A program made the position numbers and the translations under genes. A stretch of 64,000 nucleotides of DNA from the human T2T-CHM13v2.0 reference genome, Homo sapiens: NCBI RefSeq assembly GCF_009914755.1, contig NC_060940.1; one strand, 5' to 3'. Shown here in pieces: positions 27,520 through 39,657 of this stretch. A model generated the notes under the pieces. That model worked only from the letters and a program-made list of their open reading frames with translations, was not told where the DNA came from and did not search any database. Every line of letters begins with the position of its first letter. The stretch's first letter is position 1.

Positions 27520-29285
27520 CTGTAAAAAAAATCACACTTCCAGGACTTAATTAATTATAAACTATATGACAATGCAAATGACAGAATAATTAAAATAGTT
27601 TTTAGAAATAAAAGATTTAAAAATTTAAGCTGCCTAATTTACGAGAAGACAATGAAACAGAGGTGTGAATTCAGCAATCAACCTATACAATATGATTTAT
27701 TGAATTTCAAGAAAAATTCCAGAGTAATCAAATGGAAAAATATAGCCTCTTCAATAAATGGTACTGAGATTCCTGGATATTTACGCAGAATAAAATGAAC
27801 ATTGATTCTTTTCTCACACCATTTATTTAAGAAAAAGAAAAAAGGTTTGCATTCTTGGGTTAAGGAAAAATTTCTTAGGTAGGACTCAAAAATCATGAAC
27901 CATACAAAAGTTGGTAAATTGGTTTTAATCAAAATTAAAATATTTTGGCCTTTGAAAAATACACTTAAGATATGAAAAGACAAGTTATAGATTAGAAGAA
28001 ATTATTTAGTAAATATATATATGGCAAAAGAATTTGATCCAGAAAATATAAGGAACTCTTATGACTCAGTAAGAAGACTAACAACACATTAAGATAAATG
28101 AAGAAATGTTTGAATACGTACTTTACAAAAGAAAATATACAGAGTCCAATAAGCATACAAAAAGATGCTCAATATTTTTAGTCATTAGGAAAATCTAAAT
28201 TACTACCACTATGAGATATGGCTACACACCTAGTAAAATAGCAACTATTTATCATATAGTGATGAGAATTTGGAAGAATTGAAATGTTCATACATTGTTG
28301 ATGGGTATATGGGAGGAACTGTGTTTTTTTCAACATTCAAATGTTGAAGTCCCAACCCTCAGTACCTCAAAATGTGTATTTGGAGCCTTTAAATTGGTAA
28401 CTAAATAGGGTCAAATGGATGGCTGCTAATCTTATCCAATATGACTTGTATCCTTGTAAGAAAAGGAAATTAGATGCAGATATACACACACAGGACAATG
28501 ACCATATGAAGCCACAGGAAGAAGACAACTAACAACAAGTCAAGAAGACAGACAGAAAAAATCAGCCCTGCTGACACCTTGATCTTGCATTTATAGCTAT
28601 CAAACTATGAGAAAATAAATCTCTTTAGTTTATGACACTCTCTCAGTGGTACTTTGTTATGCCCAAACTAGCAAACTAATACAGAGGGATTGCACAATGG
28701 CACAACCACTAACAAAAATAATTTGTCTGTTACTTAAAATGTCAAACATACACATAAGAGTAAGCCCTAGCGATGACACTTCCAGGCATTTCTAAGAAAT
28801 TAAAACAATTGTTCATACACAGGCTTTTGTGTGAATGTTATATCAGTACCCATAACAGCCAAAGCACTGGGGAACAGAAGTACAAATAATCATACAAATA
28901 ACCATTAACTGGTGAAAAATAAACAAAATATGATACGTCCATCCAATGGAATGCACTTAGCAAAACTACTGATACAGGCAAAGCCATAGATGAATCTCAA
29001 AATCATTATGCCAAATGAAAGTCAGGCACAAAGGAAATTCTAGAAAAAAAACAAAACTGTAACAACAGAAAACAGACTTGTGGTTCCCTGGGGCTGAGTT
29101 GGGACAGGAGGCAGGGAGTGACTAGAGAGAGGCGTAAGTGAACTTTAGAGATGATGGACATGTCCCAAATCTTGATTGTGGTGATGGCTGCAGGAATGTA
29201 TACATTCACCTGAACACATCAAACTATACAGAAATAGGGCAGAATTTTATGGTACATAAATTATTCTTTAATAAAGCTATTTAAT
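27520..29285 (+). mobile_element. Old L1 (L1MC/ME-like) ORF2 end and 3' UTR
   Basis: Sense ORF2-end motifs (TCTTCAATAAATGGTACTG; AAAAGATGCTCAA) and terminal TAATAAAGCT. Confidence 0.8.
28305..28683 (+). mobile_element. MLT1B-like MaLR solo LTR
   Basis: ATGTTGAAGTCCCAACCCTCAGTACCTC; CCCTGCTGACACCTTGATCTTG; ends CTAGCAAACTAATACA. Confidence 0.85.
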
Positions 29286-29754
29286 AAACTCCCAGTAGTT
29301 AAAATGTCTCCTAATAAATGTGCAGTGTGGCAAGCTACAGATGGGCAAGAAAGATATTGAAGTATATTGAACTAGTCCAGTCCAACTGCCATTTAACCAC
29401 AAAAACAGTGAAAATATAACCTATGTAATTTAGAATTATGCATAATCAAATTCAAACCACGAGGGCTAAAGTGATGATGTTTGAATAAATCCAAGAATTT
29501 AAAAGTAGCTATAAGGTACACAAAGGATCAAATTATCTGGGTTCCATTTTTTGCTCTGCAACCATGACATTTTTGGAATAGCACTCTTCTTTGGAATTCT
29601 GAGTCCTTTTGGTAAAATGGGTTTATTGAACTTAGATACATTTCTATGTAACTCTGAACTTTAGGATAGTATATGAGTATTCATCTGCTGGAAATAACTG
29701 AAGAAGAATTTCTAGCATGTGAGAAATAGAGACTGGGCCTTGAATTATGGATAT

Positions 29755-29840
29755 GATTGCAATATATGAGAACTCTGTACCTTCCACTCATTTTGCTATG
29801 AATCTAAAACTTCTCTAAAAATAAAGTCTATTAAAAATTG
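29755..29840 (+). mobile_element. Short L1MC-type 3' terminus
   Basis: CTCTGTACCTTCCACTCATTTTGCTATGAATCTAAAACTTCTCTAAAAATAAAGTCTATTAAAAA. Confidence 0.75.
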
Positions 29841-29924
29841 AAACAATATAAATTCAATTGAACCAATACAGTCATAAAAACAAATAATGACAGAGAAAAA
29901 ACATATAACTAGATAACTTATTGA

Positions 29925-30264
29925 GCAAAATGGCAGAGTATGCAGTTCTAAGCAGACATCCTTTCACAGAAATATTGACAAACAAGCATTATTAGAACCA
30001 ACTTTGTCAGAATTCTGGAAAATAATCAAAAGTTTAAAACAACCAAGTAAATGATGAATTAAGATAAAGATAACTTGAAAATGGTAAGAAAGTTTTGTGG
30101 CATTTTTACTTGCTTTTGCCCACCCTTTCTCATCTCAGCCACATTCTGGAAGACCACAACTTCTATTACCAGTGTGGGACCCTCATCCATGTTTCCAGAA
30201 GGAACAAAACAGATTTATATTACAATTATTGTCTATGTTTGTACTAATCTATCTGGAAGATACC
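29925..30264 (+). mobile_element. 5' end of old L1, apparently the inverted missing 5' end of the minus-strand host L1
   Basis: AAAATGGCAGAGTA...AACTTTGTCAGAATTCTGGAAA L1M 5'-end motif; last 90 bp are an inverted copy of 27293-27382. Confidence 0.7.
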
Positions 30265-30336
30265 ATTTATTTGTTCTGATTTTTCCTCTGAATGAGCCTC
30301 ACTTTTCTCTTTTCTTTGTACTCTTTATAGTATTTT
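30263..30336 (+). repeat. ~70-bp direct copy of 26514-26582
   Basis: Shared TTTTTCCTCTGAATGAGCCTCACTTTTCTC core; 4 substitutions and one 5-bp indel. Confidence 0.9.
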
Positions 30337-31999
30337 AGTTAGCCAAGTTTGTATGTAACTGCAGATAAAATTGTGTGTAATTTTTGATTTTGAAAAAGTA
30401 CTGCATGGAGAGATGCTAAAAGTACAAAATTACATTGTTTACCCTTACAGACATACAAGGAACAAATATTTGACTATCCTCCCCAAATTATTGCCTTACT
30501 TCACCTCTTTTTGTGGTGTGACTGTAGGTATGGCTATCTAATATAATGGTGGGGAAGACTTCACTATCCCACCAATGATGTCCCTTATTCCCCACCTAAG
30601 GGCTCTTGCCTTGTTCAATCACAATTATTCAAGAAAGTTATTTTTTTCCGTGAACTTAGTAAATGATTCTCCTAAAATTAGATCCCACACAGGACACTTC
30701 CTAGAGAGAAGACTCCAGACTGGTTTTGATATATTATTTACTTCAAATTTCTCTCCCCCAGTGCCTTTGAATTCTAGTCCTTTGTAACTATTTTCTTCTA
30801 CAAATTTTAACCTTCAGCTCCGCAGACAATTAGAAACATTAAACTGACTCTTTCTTTCTTTTCCTGCTCTTGCCAAGTAAATTCCAATGTATAACATCAT
30901 GCATTCATTCATCTCCACGCAGAGTTTAGTTATCACAGAAAAACATATGGAACTTGAAGCTTTGGAGAATCACTCTCTTATTATTTCAGAATATTTGAAA
31001 GCAGACAGAAAAATAAACACAGCTTTGGTGAAGCAGTCACCACAGAAACAATTGCTGCTTTCATTTATCTATTTTTATAGGGTGTATTTTAGTTTTATTC
31101 AAAGATACATATATTTATTGTGGGACCTGGGTGTGCATTTATTTTCACAGATGGTATAAGAAAATTTTCCTTCTATCCTGCTGCTAGTCACTAGATGACA
31201 AAAATGTGCCCATATTTAATGATTTAAATAGAAAATAATGAAAGCTGAGCTCTCAGTGTTTTTTCACAAATTAATAAATCTCTTTACATATAACAGTCTC
31301 CTTCTGGGAAATGTTTGGGTTTGTGTGAAGGTTTTAACTTATGAGAGAGTTCACACTAAGACAAAATAATTTTAGTAAGGAAGAAATAGATCCTGTAATT
31401 GGATGAAATGTGTGGGGGAGATAATTTCATTTCAAGAGTTAGTTATTTTAGCTCTTTTTGGGAGGTAAGGTAGGTTTGGGAAGATATCCAATTGGATTCA
31501 GTTGATTCAGTAATATCTAACTCTGTATTAGCCTATCTTCTCTCCTCCTCATACAATCCCTGGGAAAGATACATGAAAGAAAATATGAAATCAAGGTACT
31601 AATTTATGATTAGTTGAGCATCTGCCTCACACCCTCATCCAGAGCTCTGGTAAACTGAGCTGGAGGATATGCCTTATTATCTAACAAAATAATACTTGCC
31701 AAAAGGATATAAACCCCACACCCCAATTTGGGGCTTGTTCATCCTAAGCTTAAATTTGAAACTTTGTATGTTAGCAGCTTGTTGTTTATTTACACCAGGA
31801 GCAGAAGACAAAAACCAGGAGAATAACACGGTATAAAGTAGAAAAGACCCTGTCCCATGGAGGGCATGTCCTTGTTTTTAGTGAGCATTCAACCACACTG
31901 ATGGAAGAAGAGCAAGACCCACTGATAAACGTGGCCCAGCCAGGACTCTGCAAAGAAACCCAATCAGTTACTCTTGAAGCATAAAAGAGTAAGCAGAGA

Positions 32000-32294
32000 G
32001 GCCGGGCGCGGTGGCTCACGCCTGTAATCCCAGTACTTTGGGAGGCCGAGGCGGGCGGATCACGAGGTCAGGAGATGGAGACCATCCTGGCCAACACGGG
32101 TAAACCCTGTTTCTACTAAAAATACAAAAAATTAGCCGGGCGTGGTGGCAGGCGCCTGTAGTCCCAGCTACTTAGGAGGCTGAGGCAGGAGAATGGCGTG
32201 AACCTGGGAGGCGGAGCTTGCAGTGAGCCGAGATCGTGCCACTTCACTCCAGCCTGGGCGACAGTGAGACTCCGCCTCAAAAAAAAAAAAAAAA
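32000..32294 (+). mobile_element. AluY
   Basis: CpG-rich; GAATGGCGTGAACC and GGAGCTTGCAG diagnostics; A tail; TSD AGTAAGCAGAGA. Confidence 0.97.
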
Positions 32295-32395
32295 AGTAAG
32301 CAGAGAGAGAGCACACTTCTCACCCTCCTTCTTTGAGTTCTCAAAATGTAAAATATACTAAAGATTTAAGCACTTTTTTTTTTTAGAGGAAACAA

Positions 32396-32692
32396 TTTTT
32401 TTTTTTTTTTTAAGGTGGAGTCTTGCTCTGTCACCCAAGCTGGAGTGCAGTGACACCATCTTGGTTCACTGCAACCTCCAACTCCCAGGTTTAAGGGTTC
32501 CTTCCACCTCAGGCTCCTAAGTAGGTGGGACCTCAGATGCACGCCACCATGCCCAGCTAATTTTTGTATTTTTAATAGAAGTGGGGTTTCACCATGTTGG
32601 CCAGACTGGTCCCTAACTTCTGACATCAAGTGATCTACCCGCTTCTGCCTCCCAAAGTGCTGGGACTATAGGCGTGAGCTATCATACCCAAC
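32396..32692 (-). mobile_element. Alu (older S-type)
   Basis: Poly-T followed by an antisense dimer. Confidence 0.95.
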
Positions 32693-33204
32693 CAGAAACA
32701 GGGTATTATTAAACGCTGTGTCCTTCCTAGATTCAAGTAATTATCCTATCTGGTCTATCATAGAGCAGAACTGTTGCTACGATATCCTGCAAAGTAGCGG
32801 CACAGTAGAGTAATCTGAATAAATGTTTGTGGAACAAAGCATAACCTGTTTATAGATCTGAGAGACCAAACTTAATTTCTTTCTCAGGATCTCAACCAGC
32901 CTTATACAAATATATTCTCACCACACAACTAAGGGGCCTGAACATGTGCTGAGAGACCCTCCTCACTGGGCTGAATGCCTTCAGCTAGGAGATGAATGCT
33001 GACAGTAGTTATTCTGGGAAATGATTAATTAAATTCCTTTCCTGGCAGTTCCATTAATATCAACACAACATGGCAGAGATATTGACATAGTGAGAAAACA
33101 TTGCCTTCAACAATAGGGCTTTGTTGACAAAACAGTGAAATGTCTAGACCATTAGCAACAATTTAGGAATCCATCTTCTCCATCAATCTCATTTAGCTTA
33201 CACA

Positions 33205-33452
33205 TCTCTCTCTCTCTCTCTCTCTCTGTCTGTCTCACACACGTGCACGCTCACACACACACATACTCAAAATGTGCAGCAGTTAGAAAAAGTGAAATGG
33301 AATTATCATTAAATATGAATGCAGGGTGGCTTAGAAACACACTAGACCAGCTGTTTCTCTCTCTCTCTTTCTTTCCTTCTCTGTTTTTCTTTATCTCCCC
33401 TCCCTCCCTCACACACACACACATACACAAACACACACACACACACTCACAC
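33205..33452. repeat. Two compound (CT)n-(CA)n microsatellites
   Basis: CT then CA runs at ~33205-33262 and ~33355-33452. Confidence 0.9.
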
Positions 33453-33599
33453 GGCAGGAGTGGACATTCAAAAGTACATTCTGATGTTGACTGATAGTAT
33501 TATTTAATGTAACAACTAACAGAGAGTGATTTCACTTACTGATTGTCTATATATTCTTGTTATTTAACTAATATTGTCTCCCCTCCTCACAAAAGCTTT

Positions 33600-33725
33600 T
33601 AAGTGTTACTGTCCATTTTACTGCAGACCAAGCTGTAGATAAAAGAAGTTGGGTAACTTACTAGAAACCACACACCAGAAAAGAAGCAGAATTGAGATTT
33701 AACTCTGAATGTTTCTTTCTCTAAA
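33600..33725 (-). mobile_element. MIR fragment
   Basis: TCCATTTTAC...GTTGGGTAACTT...CAGAATTGAGATTTAAC. Confidence 0.6.
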
Positions 33726-34869
33726 ACTTTTACCCTTTTCACATCAGAGAACTTCTCCTTTATTGTTGACCCCAGAGAAAATTGCAGTTCTCTCTTTCAG
33801 CTTCCTGCCATACCTGAGCATCTGTAAGTCTGCTAAACTGAACTCTATGATTAATGAAACATTGGCATTTAACTCCATCGGAGGTCCTGCTTAGTTGCAC
33901 AGTTGTCTGTCTCCTCTGTAAAGACTGTTGGCTTTTAGAGAAGCTTTGATTCCTTATAGCTCATTCTAGTAGCAGATAATGTGTCATCACAAGTAAGTGA
34001 AATGGGTGGATATTAATGTTTTCAAAGGAACCACTGCAAAATAAATTTAGCAGCGTACAAAAATATATAGCATTGTCTATACTTAATGTACACATTTATG
34101 ATACATTTTATATTCCTAATCCTGATTCTCAAAGCTTCCTAGAAATCACTATCTTTAGTACTTACAGGTCTTTCTTTCACATATTCCATTCATGAATCCA
34201 GGTTTCCCTTCCTTTTACCCATTTTCTCTTCCTTTCCTCTTTCTAAAAGCATCAATGTGCAAGTATCTAGTTTGCTCAAAACATAATGGGAAATAGAATA
34301 TTATGGTGTGATGAGTGCAAAGTCAGAGGTATGGTGCAGGATATAATGAGAACACTGGAAACTTCCACTCTTTTGCGAGTTCAGGGAAGACTACTCGGAC
34401 AAGGTAATTAGTGAACTGAGTTTGGAAATATAAAAATAATCAGGCAGAAGTAAATAGAATGCTAAGTATTTTATATTTCAAGAGAGAGATCAACATGTTT
34501 GAAAGATATTAATTTGAAATCAGTTTCACTTAAGCTCCAGATTCCACAAGCTCCAGATTCAAGGACTAAGACATGATGTATATGATTTCCCATAGATTTC
34601 CTCCAGCTTGTTTTTTTTTTTGTCATGGATTCAAATGAGATGGGCACATATTAAATATGAAAAGGTGTACTTGAAGCCAACAGAGCTCAAGCACATGATT
34701 AGTGTTAGTTCTCATTGCTCAAGTCTGGAGAGCTTGAAAACAAACTCTGTATCACTGAAAAAATCCCAACATGGAACAAGGGTCATGTTACACCCAGTAG
34801 GAATGGCTGCCATCTGTGGACTTGGTAGATTCAGGTGTGAATATCATCTAAATCACTCACAAATTCTGA

Positions 34870-35035
34870 GGTCATGAGCAAATTACTTAACCTCTGTGAG
34901 CCTCAGTTTACCCACTAATAAAGTGACCAGAAATACTGGAAAGATTCAGTGAGATAATATATTTAAACTACTTGGCATAGGCCCCAGCAATTTATAATTC
35001 AATAAAACATCTATCATTACTATAATTATAATTAT
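34870..35035 (+). mobile_element. MIR
   Basis: GCAAATTACTTAACCTCTGTGAGCCTCAGTTT core. Confidence 0.85.
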
Positions 35036-35040
35036 TACTA

Positions 35041-35427
<387 letters not shown>

Positions 35428-36989
35428 TTAGGGCTTTTGTAAAAATGTGGGTGCCTGGGCCTCTACAGACTTTGATCACAATATTTGTAGGAGTCTGAAC
35501 ATTTCTGTTTCAAAATGTACTGTACACAATTTCTACATCAAACTAGGATACTGCTAAAGTATCCTAGTTTAAGACGTACTTGTCTTAAGTTGTAAGAATG
35601 ATATTCTCTTAGGGTTCATACAGTGTATCCCAATTTTTTTCCTCAAATTATTTGTTTCCTACCTTAAACTTGATTTATAAAATGCTAATTAGCAGTTATA
35701 GATTTATAGTTCTTATTTCTGAGCATTCTATATATCAGGAAAATAGGAAGTGCTTTGCATAGATAAATCATTTTTTTAAAAAACACGATAACTCAATACA
35801 TTGTTTTTCATGACCTCTGGGCTATAGCTGAGAAAAGTAAGAATCAAATATCTCAACTTAATTTCTAAGGTTATGTAGCTACTGTGTAGTGGAGGCGGAG
35901 CCAGGCTTTTTCCCACTGTTCCGTGTTGCCCTTTGGTGTTATAAATGGATGTGATTACTGCTAATCCTAAAGACATTTTATAAGATACTTTGTGTAACTA
36001 TAGCTGGTATAGTACGTAGTTTTAAAATGTCAGGAGAAAGCCCTCAAGTATCATCTGAAGTCCAGTCCAGCTGGACTATTATGAGGCAACTTAGAGCCAC
36101 ACTCTTGTTTAATTTCTTGTGCCCAGCACTGAGGCATCTCTTCCTAAAGCATTCCGGTACTTCTACAGTCACTTCCTTATTAAATCCATTATTTCAGCAT
36201 TCTTACTTTTCTCCGTGCACTGTTCCACTCCACTGAGCTGCTTCTGTGTGGATTACAGCCACTGTTTCATTGTGACTGAAACCTAATTGACTTCCACGGT
36301 AAATATTAAAGGAAGACGGCAAACGTGACTAGTCCATTCAGTATGATATGAAATGGCTAATGCCCATGTGTAATGAGGGAAGACTCTTTTGAGCTTCAGC
36401 TCTTGCTTTATGGGGGAAAGTAGGTGAATCCTCAAGTGATTGTTGACAAGTCTGTGGCAAACGTGTGCACCAACTGAAAATTTGAAATAAAAAACCCTGT
36501 ACAAAGTCATTAAACATCAAGCCCGATGAATTATTCATGCAATGGCTTCAAAGTTGGACTTGAAAAAATGTAAATAAAATACACGGAGAAGTTTCTCCTT
36601 TCTGGAAACAATTTTATAGTAATGAACTAAATGCAAGGAGCACTTAAGGTGTCTAACTGCATTGTATATTTTATGTAAATTAAGAATATTGAACAAATTC
36701 CTCCATTTGGTACAAAGGAGAAAAAGAAAATATGCCTTTCCTGATGATCAGTGCCTCTGAGAAAATGAATTATCTTTATTTTCTCCATTATCTTTTATTG
36801 CCATTTTATATACTTTATAAAATGTCGACCTGCAAGTTATTCAAATGAAATGTGATGTAATTTTTCTGATGCACAAGCCTTTTTTATACCCTTCAGGCAT
36901 GACTGTGTTGACTGTGACCTTCTCTACATCCCTGTATATGCCTCACAGCTAGACTGCTGGAATAGAATGTGGTCTAGTGATAGGCAGAA

Positions 36990-37150
36990 TACATTATAAT
37001 TTTAAAAATGTAGTCTTTGGAGTCCAAAGGTCTGGGTTCAAATCCCATCTCTGCATTTAAATGTGTTACTCTGGATATGTTCATCATAATGGCTAACTCA
37101 AAGTGTTGTACAGGGCAAGAGAGATTGAATACACATCCACCAAGTACATA
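36990..37150 (+). mobile_element. MIR fragment
   Basis: TTTGGAGTCC...CTGGGTTCAAATCCCATCTCTGC. Confidence 0.7.
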
Positions 37151-38159
37151 GGATCACACACAATTATCAGCTAATGAAATAGGATCTGATAAAATTCTTA
37201 CAGTGGCTAGGCCCATACTACTCCCCTTGAATCCACAGTATTAGTTTTTACCCAAAGCCTAATATTTATAAGCCACATGTTTTTGTACACCATTTAAGAA
37301 AAGACAGAGAAACTCATTTGGAAAATGGATGTGATTGGTCCACAAAAGAACACCATTCCAACTTCTATTGAAAGTCAACATGTACCCGAGACTATGTCAA
37401 ATGCCAAGTTCTCAATGAAGATACTCTGATAGAGCTTAGGAGTACAAACAGTGGAGTCTATAATAAAGTTTCCACTGCCAACAGCAAAATGAAAGTTATG
37501 CATGAATATATATGCATAATTTTTAAAAGACACTTCTAAATACAAGTGTTTTAATCTAAGTTCCCTAAAATCAGAGCCTCATATGAAAGGCTTGCAAGCT
37601 GGTGGTCTGTGTGGGAAATAATCCCAGAGCACAGGAGTTAAAAAACCTAGTAATGTAACCAAGAAAGAAGGAAAACCAATAACATATGGTTTTTCGTATG
37701 TATAATGCATAATAAATATGCACTGTTGGTCATTTATTTGTGCCACTCATGCTGAGTCACAAATTCTGAGGAGGCTGGTGAAATTTCTCAGAAAACTGAC
37801 TGCTCAGCACAAAAATGAATAGCATTTAGTTATGAGCTTCCATCATGCATTGGTCAAAACATCCCCAAGGCTTTCACTCCCATATACTTCTGTATCGCAC
37901 CAGCATAAATCATTAGAGTTCTCTTGGGCATCCCATGTGGTGAAATCAAAGAAGTCTCTGGATAGGAAGAAAGAATTCCTTGGCATTGGTCTAAAACAAA
38001 GTTGCATTGCAGAGAAGCTAATGAAACATGCATGAATTTGGTTGCTTCAATAGTGGCCACAGTAAGAGCTTTCAAGAAGAGCGCACTTTGCAATACTCAC
38101 ATTGGCCTGTATCCTTCATTGACTTCAGTCTCTCCTAGAGTAGCTATCAGGAAGGCCGC

Positions 38160-38576
38160 TGATGTAATTTGGATACTTATGCAAATCTCATGTTGAAATG
38201 TGATTCCCCAGTACTAGAAGTGGGGCCTGATGGGAGATGTTTGGATCATGGAGGCGGTTTCCTCATGAATGGCCTGGTGCCATACTCAGGTAATGAGTGA
38301 GTTCTTGTTCTATGAATTCAACAAGAGCTGGTTGTTTAAAAGAGCCTGTCTCCTCCCACATTTTCACTTGGCCAGTCTCTCTCTTGCCATGTGACACACC
38401 TGTTCCTGCTTCACCTTCATCGTAAGTAAAAGCTCCCTGAGGCCTCACCAGAAGCTGAGCAGATGCTGGCACCATGCTTCCTGTACAGCCTGCAGAAGCA
38501 TGAGCCAGTTAAACCTTTTTTCTTTATAAATTAACCAGTCTCAGGTATTCCTTTGTAGTAATGCAAAACTAATATA
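38160..38576 (+). mobile_element. MST (MSTA/B-like) MaLR solo LTR
   Basis: CAAATCTCATGTTGAAATGTGATTCCC; GGCCTCACCAGAAGCTGAGCAGATGCTGGCACCATGCTTCCTGTACAGCCTGCAGAA. Confidence 0.9.
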
Positions 38577-39369
38577 GCCAGGCTCTGCAAAACATTAGAG
38601 AAGGTTTGGTAGAACAAGTTGCTAACTCCACTGCTGTGGCTGATAGAGAGACAAAATTCATTATCTGTCTACTCCAGCACTTACATTTCACTCTCCTTTG
38701 CCCAGCATTTCTGCTGCTGTAGGATGTTAGTCCTAGAGCTGGGTCACCCTGACTCTTTACCCGAAAGGAGAAGTCTGAGCCCATGTTTGACTTGCTCTTG
38801 CTGTGCTGTGGTTCCTATAATTTCCTATACCTTAACATTACCAGGTACAGAAGCACCAAAAGACAACCCAGTGGCATGACTGGGGCTCATTCTAATCAGA
38901 GGCATTTACCTCTATCAGAATAGCAATACTTCTTGCCTGTTGGACCACTGACAGAATGTCAAGGTGATTAGGTGGTAGCATTGGCTTCAAATTCAGTGGA
39001 AAACATATTGTTTCTTCTGGTGGAAGTGATCCCCTCCACTCATCCCAGATCAAGAACACTAATATAGTTTTGCCTAAGGTCATGAGGATGAAAAGCGTAC
39101 TTTTATGTTTTCCTTAATTGAGTCAAATAAATAAAATTAGGTCAAACTGAATAAAGGTAAAAAGAGTTGTTCCTGATTCCACAATTTGGTTCCTGAGCTT
39201 ATGTATTCTATCCTCTCTGGACTATACATTAGAGCTGTTGATTCTGCAAATATCACATATAGGAGTGTGGCATCTGAATCCTTCAAGGACTTGTTCCTTA
39301 GCTGGTGCTTTGGCTAAACCTTTAATGTATTATTGCACTATTCTTTGAGGTTGTCTACTTCAAAAAAAA

Positions 39370-39657
39370 ATTTAGAGACTGTGTATTACTGTGTTGCCAA
39401 AGCTGGAGTGCAGTGGCACAATCACAGCTCACTGCAGCCTCAAACTCTTGGGCTCAAATAATCCTTCTGCCTCAGCCTCCTGAGTACCCAGAACTGTGAA
39501 TATGTGCCACCACATCTGACTAATTAATTTTTTTTTTGTAGAGATGGGGTCTCCCTTTTGTTGCCAAGGCTGGTCTCAAACTTCTGGCCTCAAGTGATTC
39601 TCCCACCTTGGCCTCCCAAAGTGCTGAGATGACAGGTACAGGCCATTAAACCCTACC
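39370..39657 (-). mobile_element. Alu (AluJ family)
   Basis: CACAGCTCACTGCAGCCTCAAACTCTTGGGCTCAA; TSD-like GGTTGTCTACTT / GGTTTTCTAATT. Confidence 0.93.
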
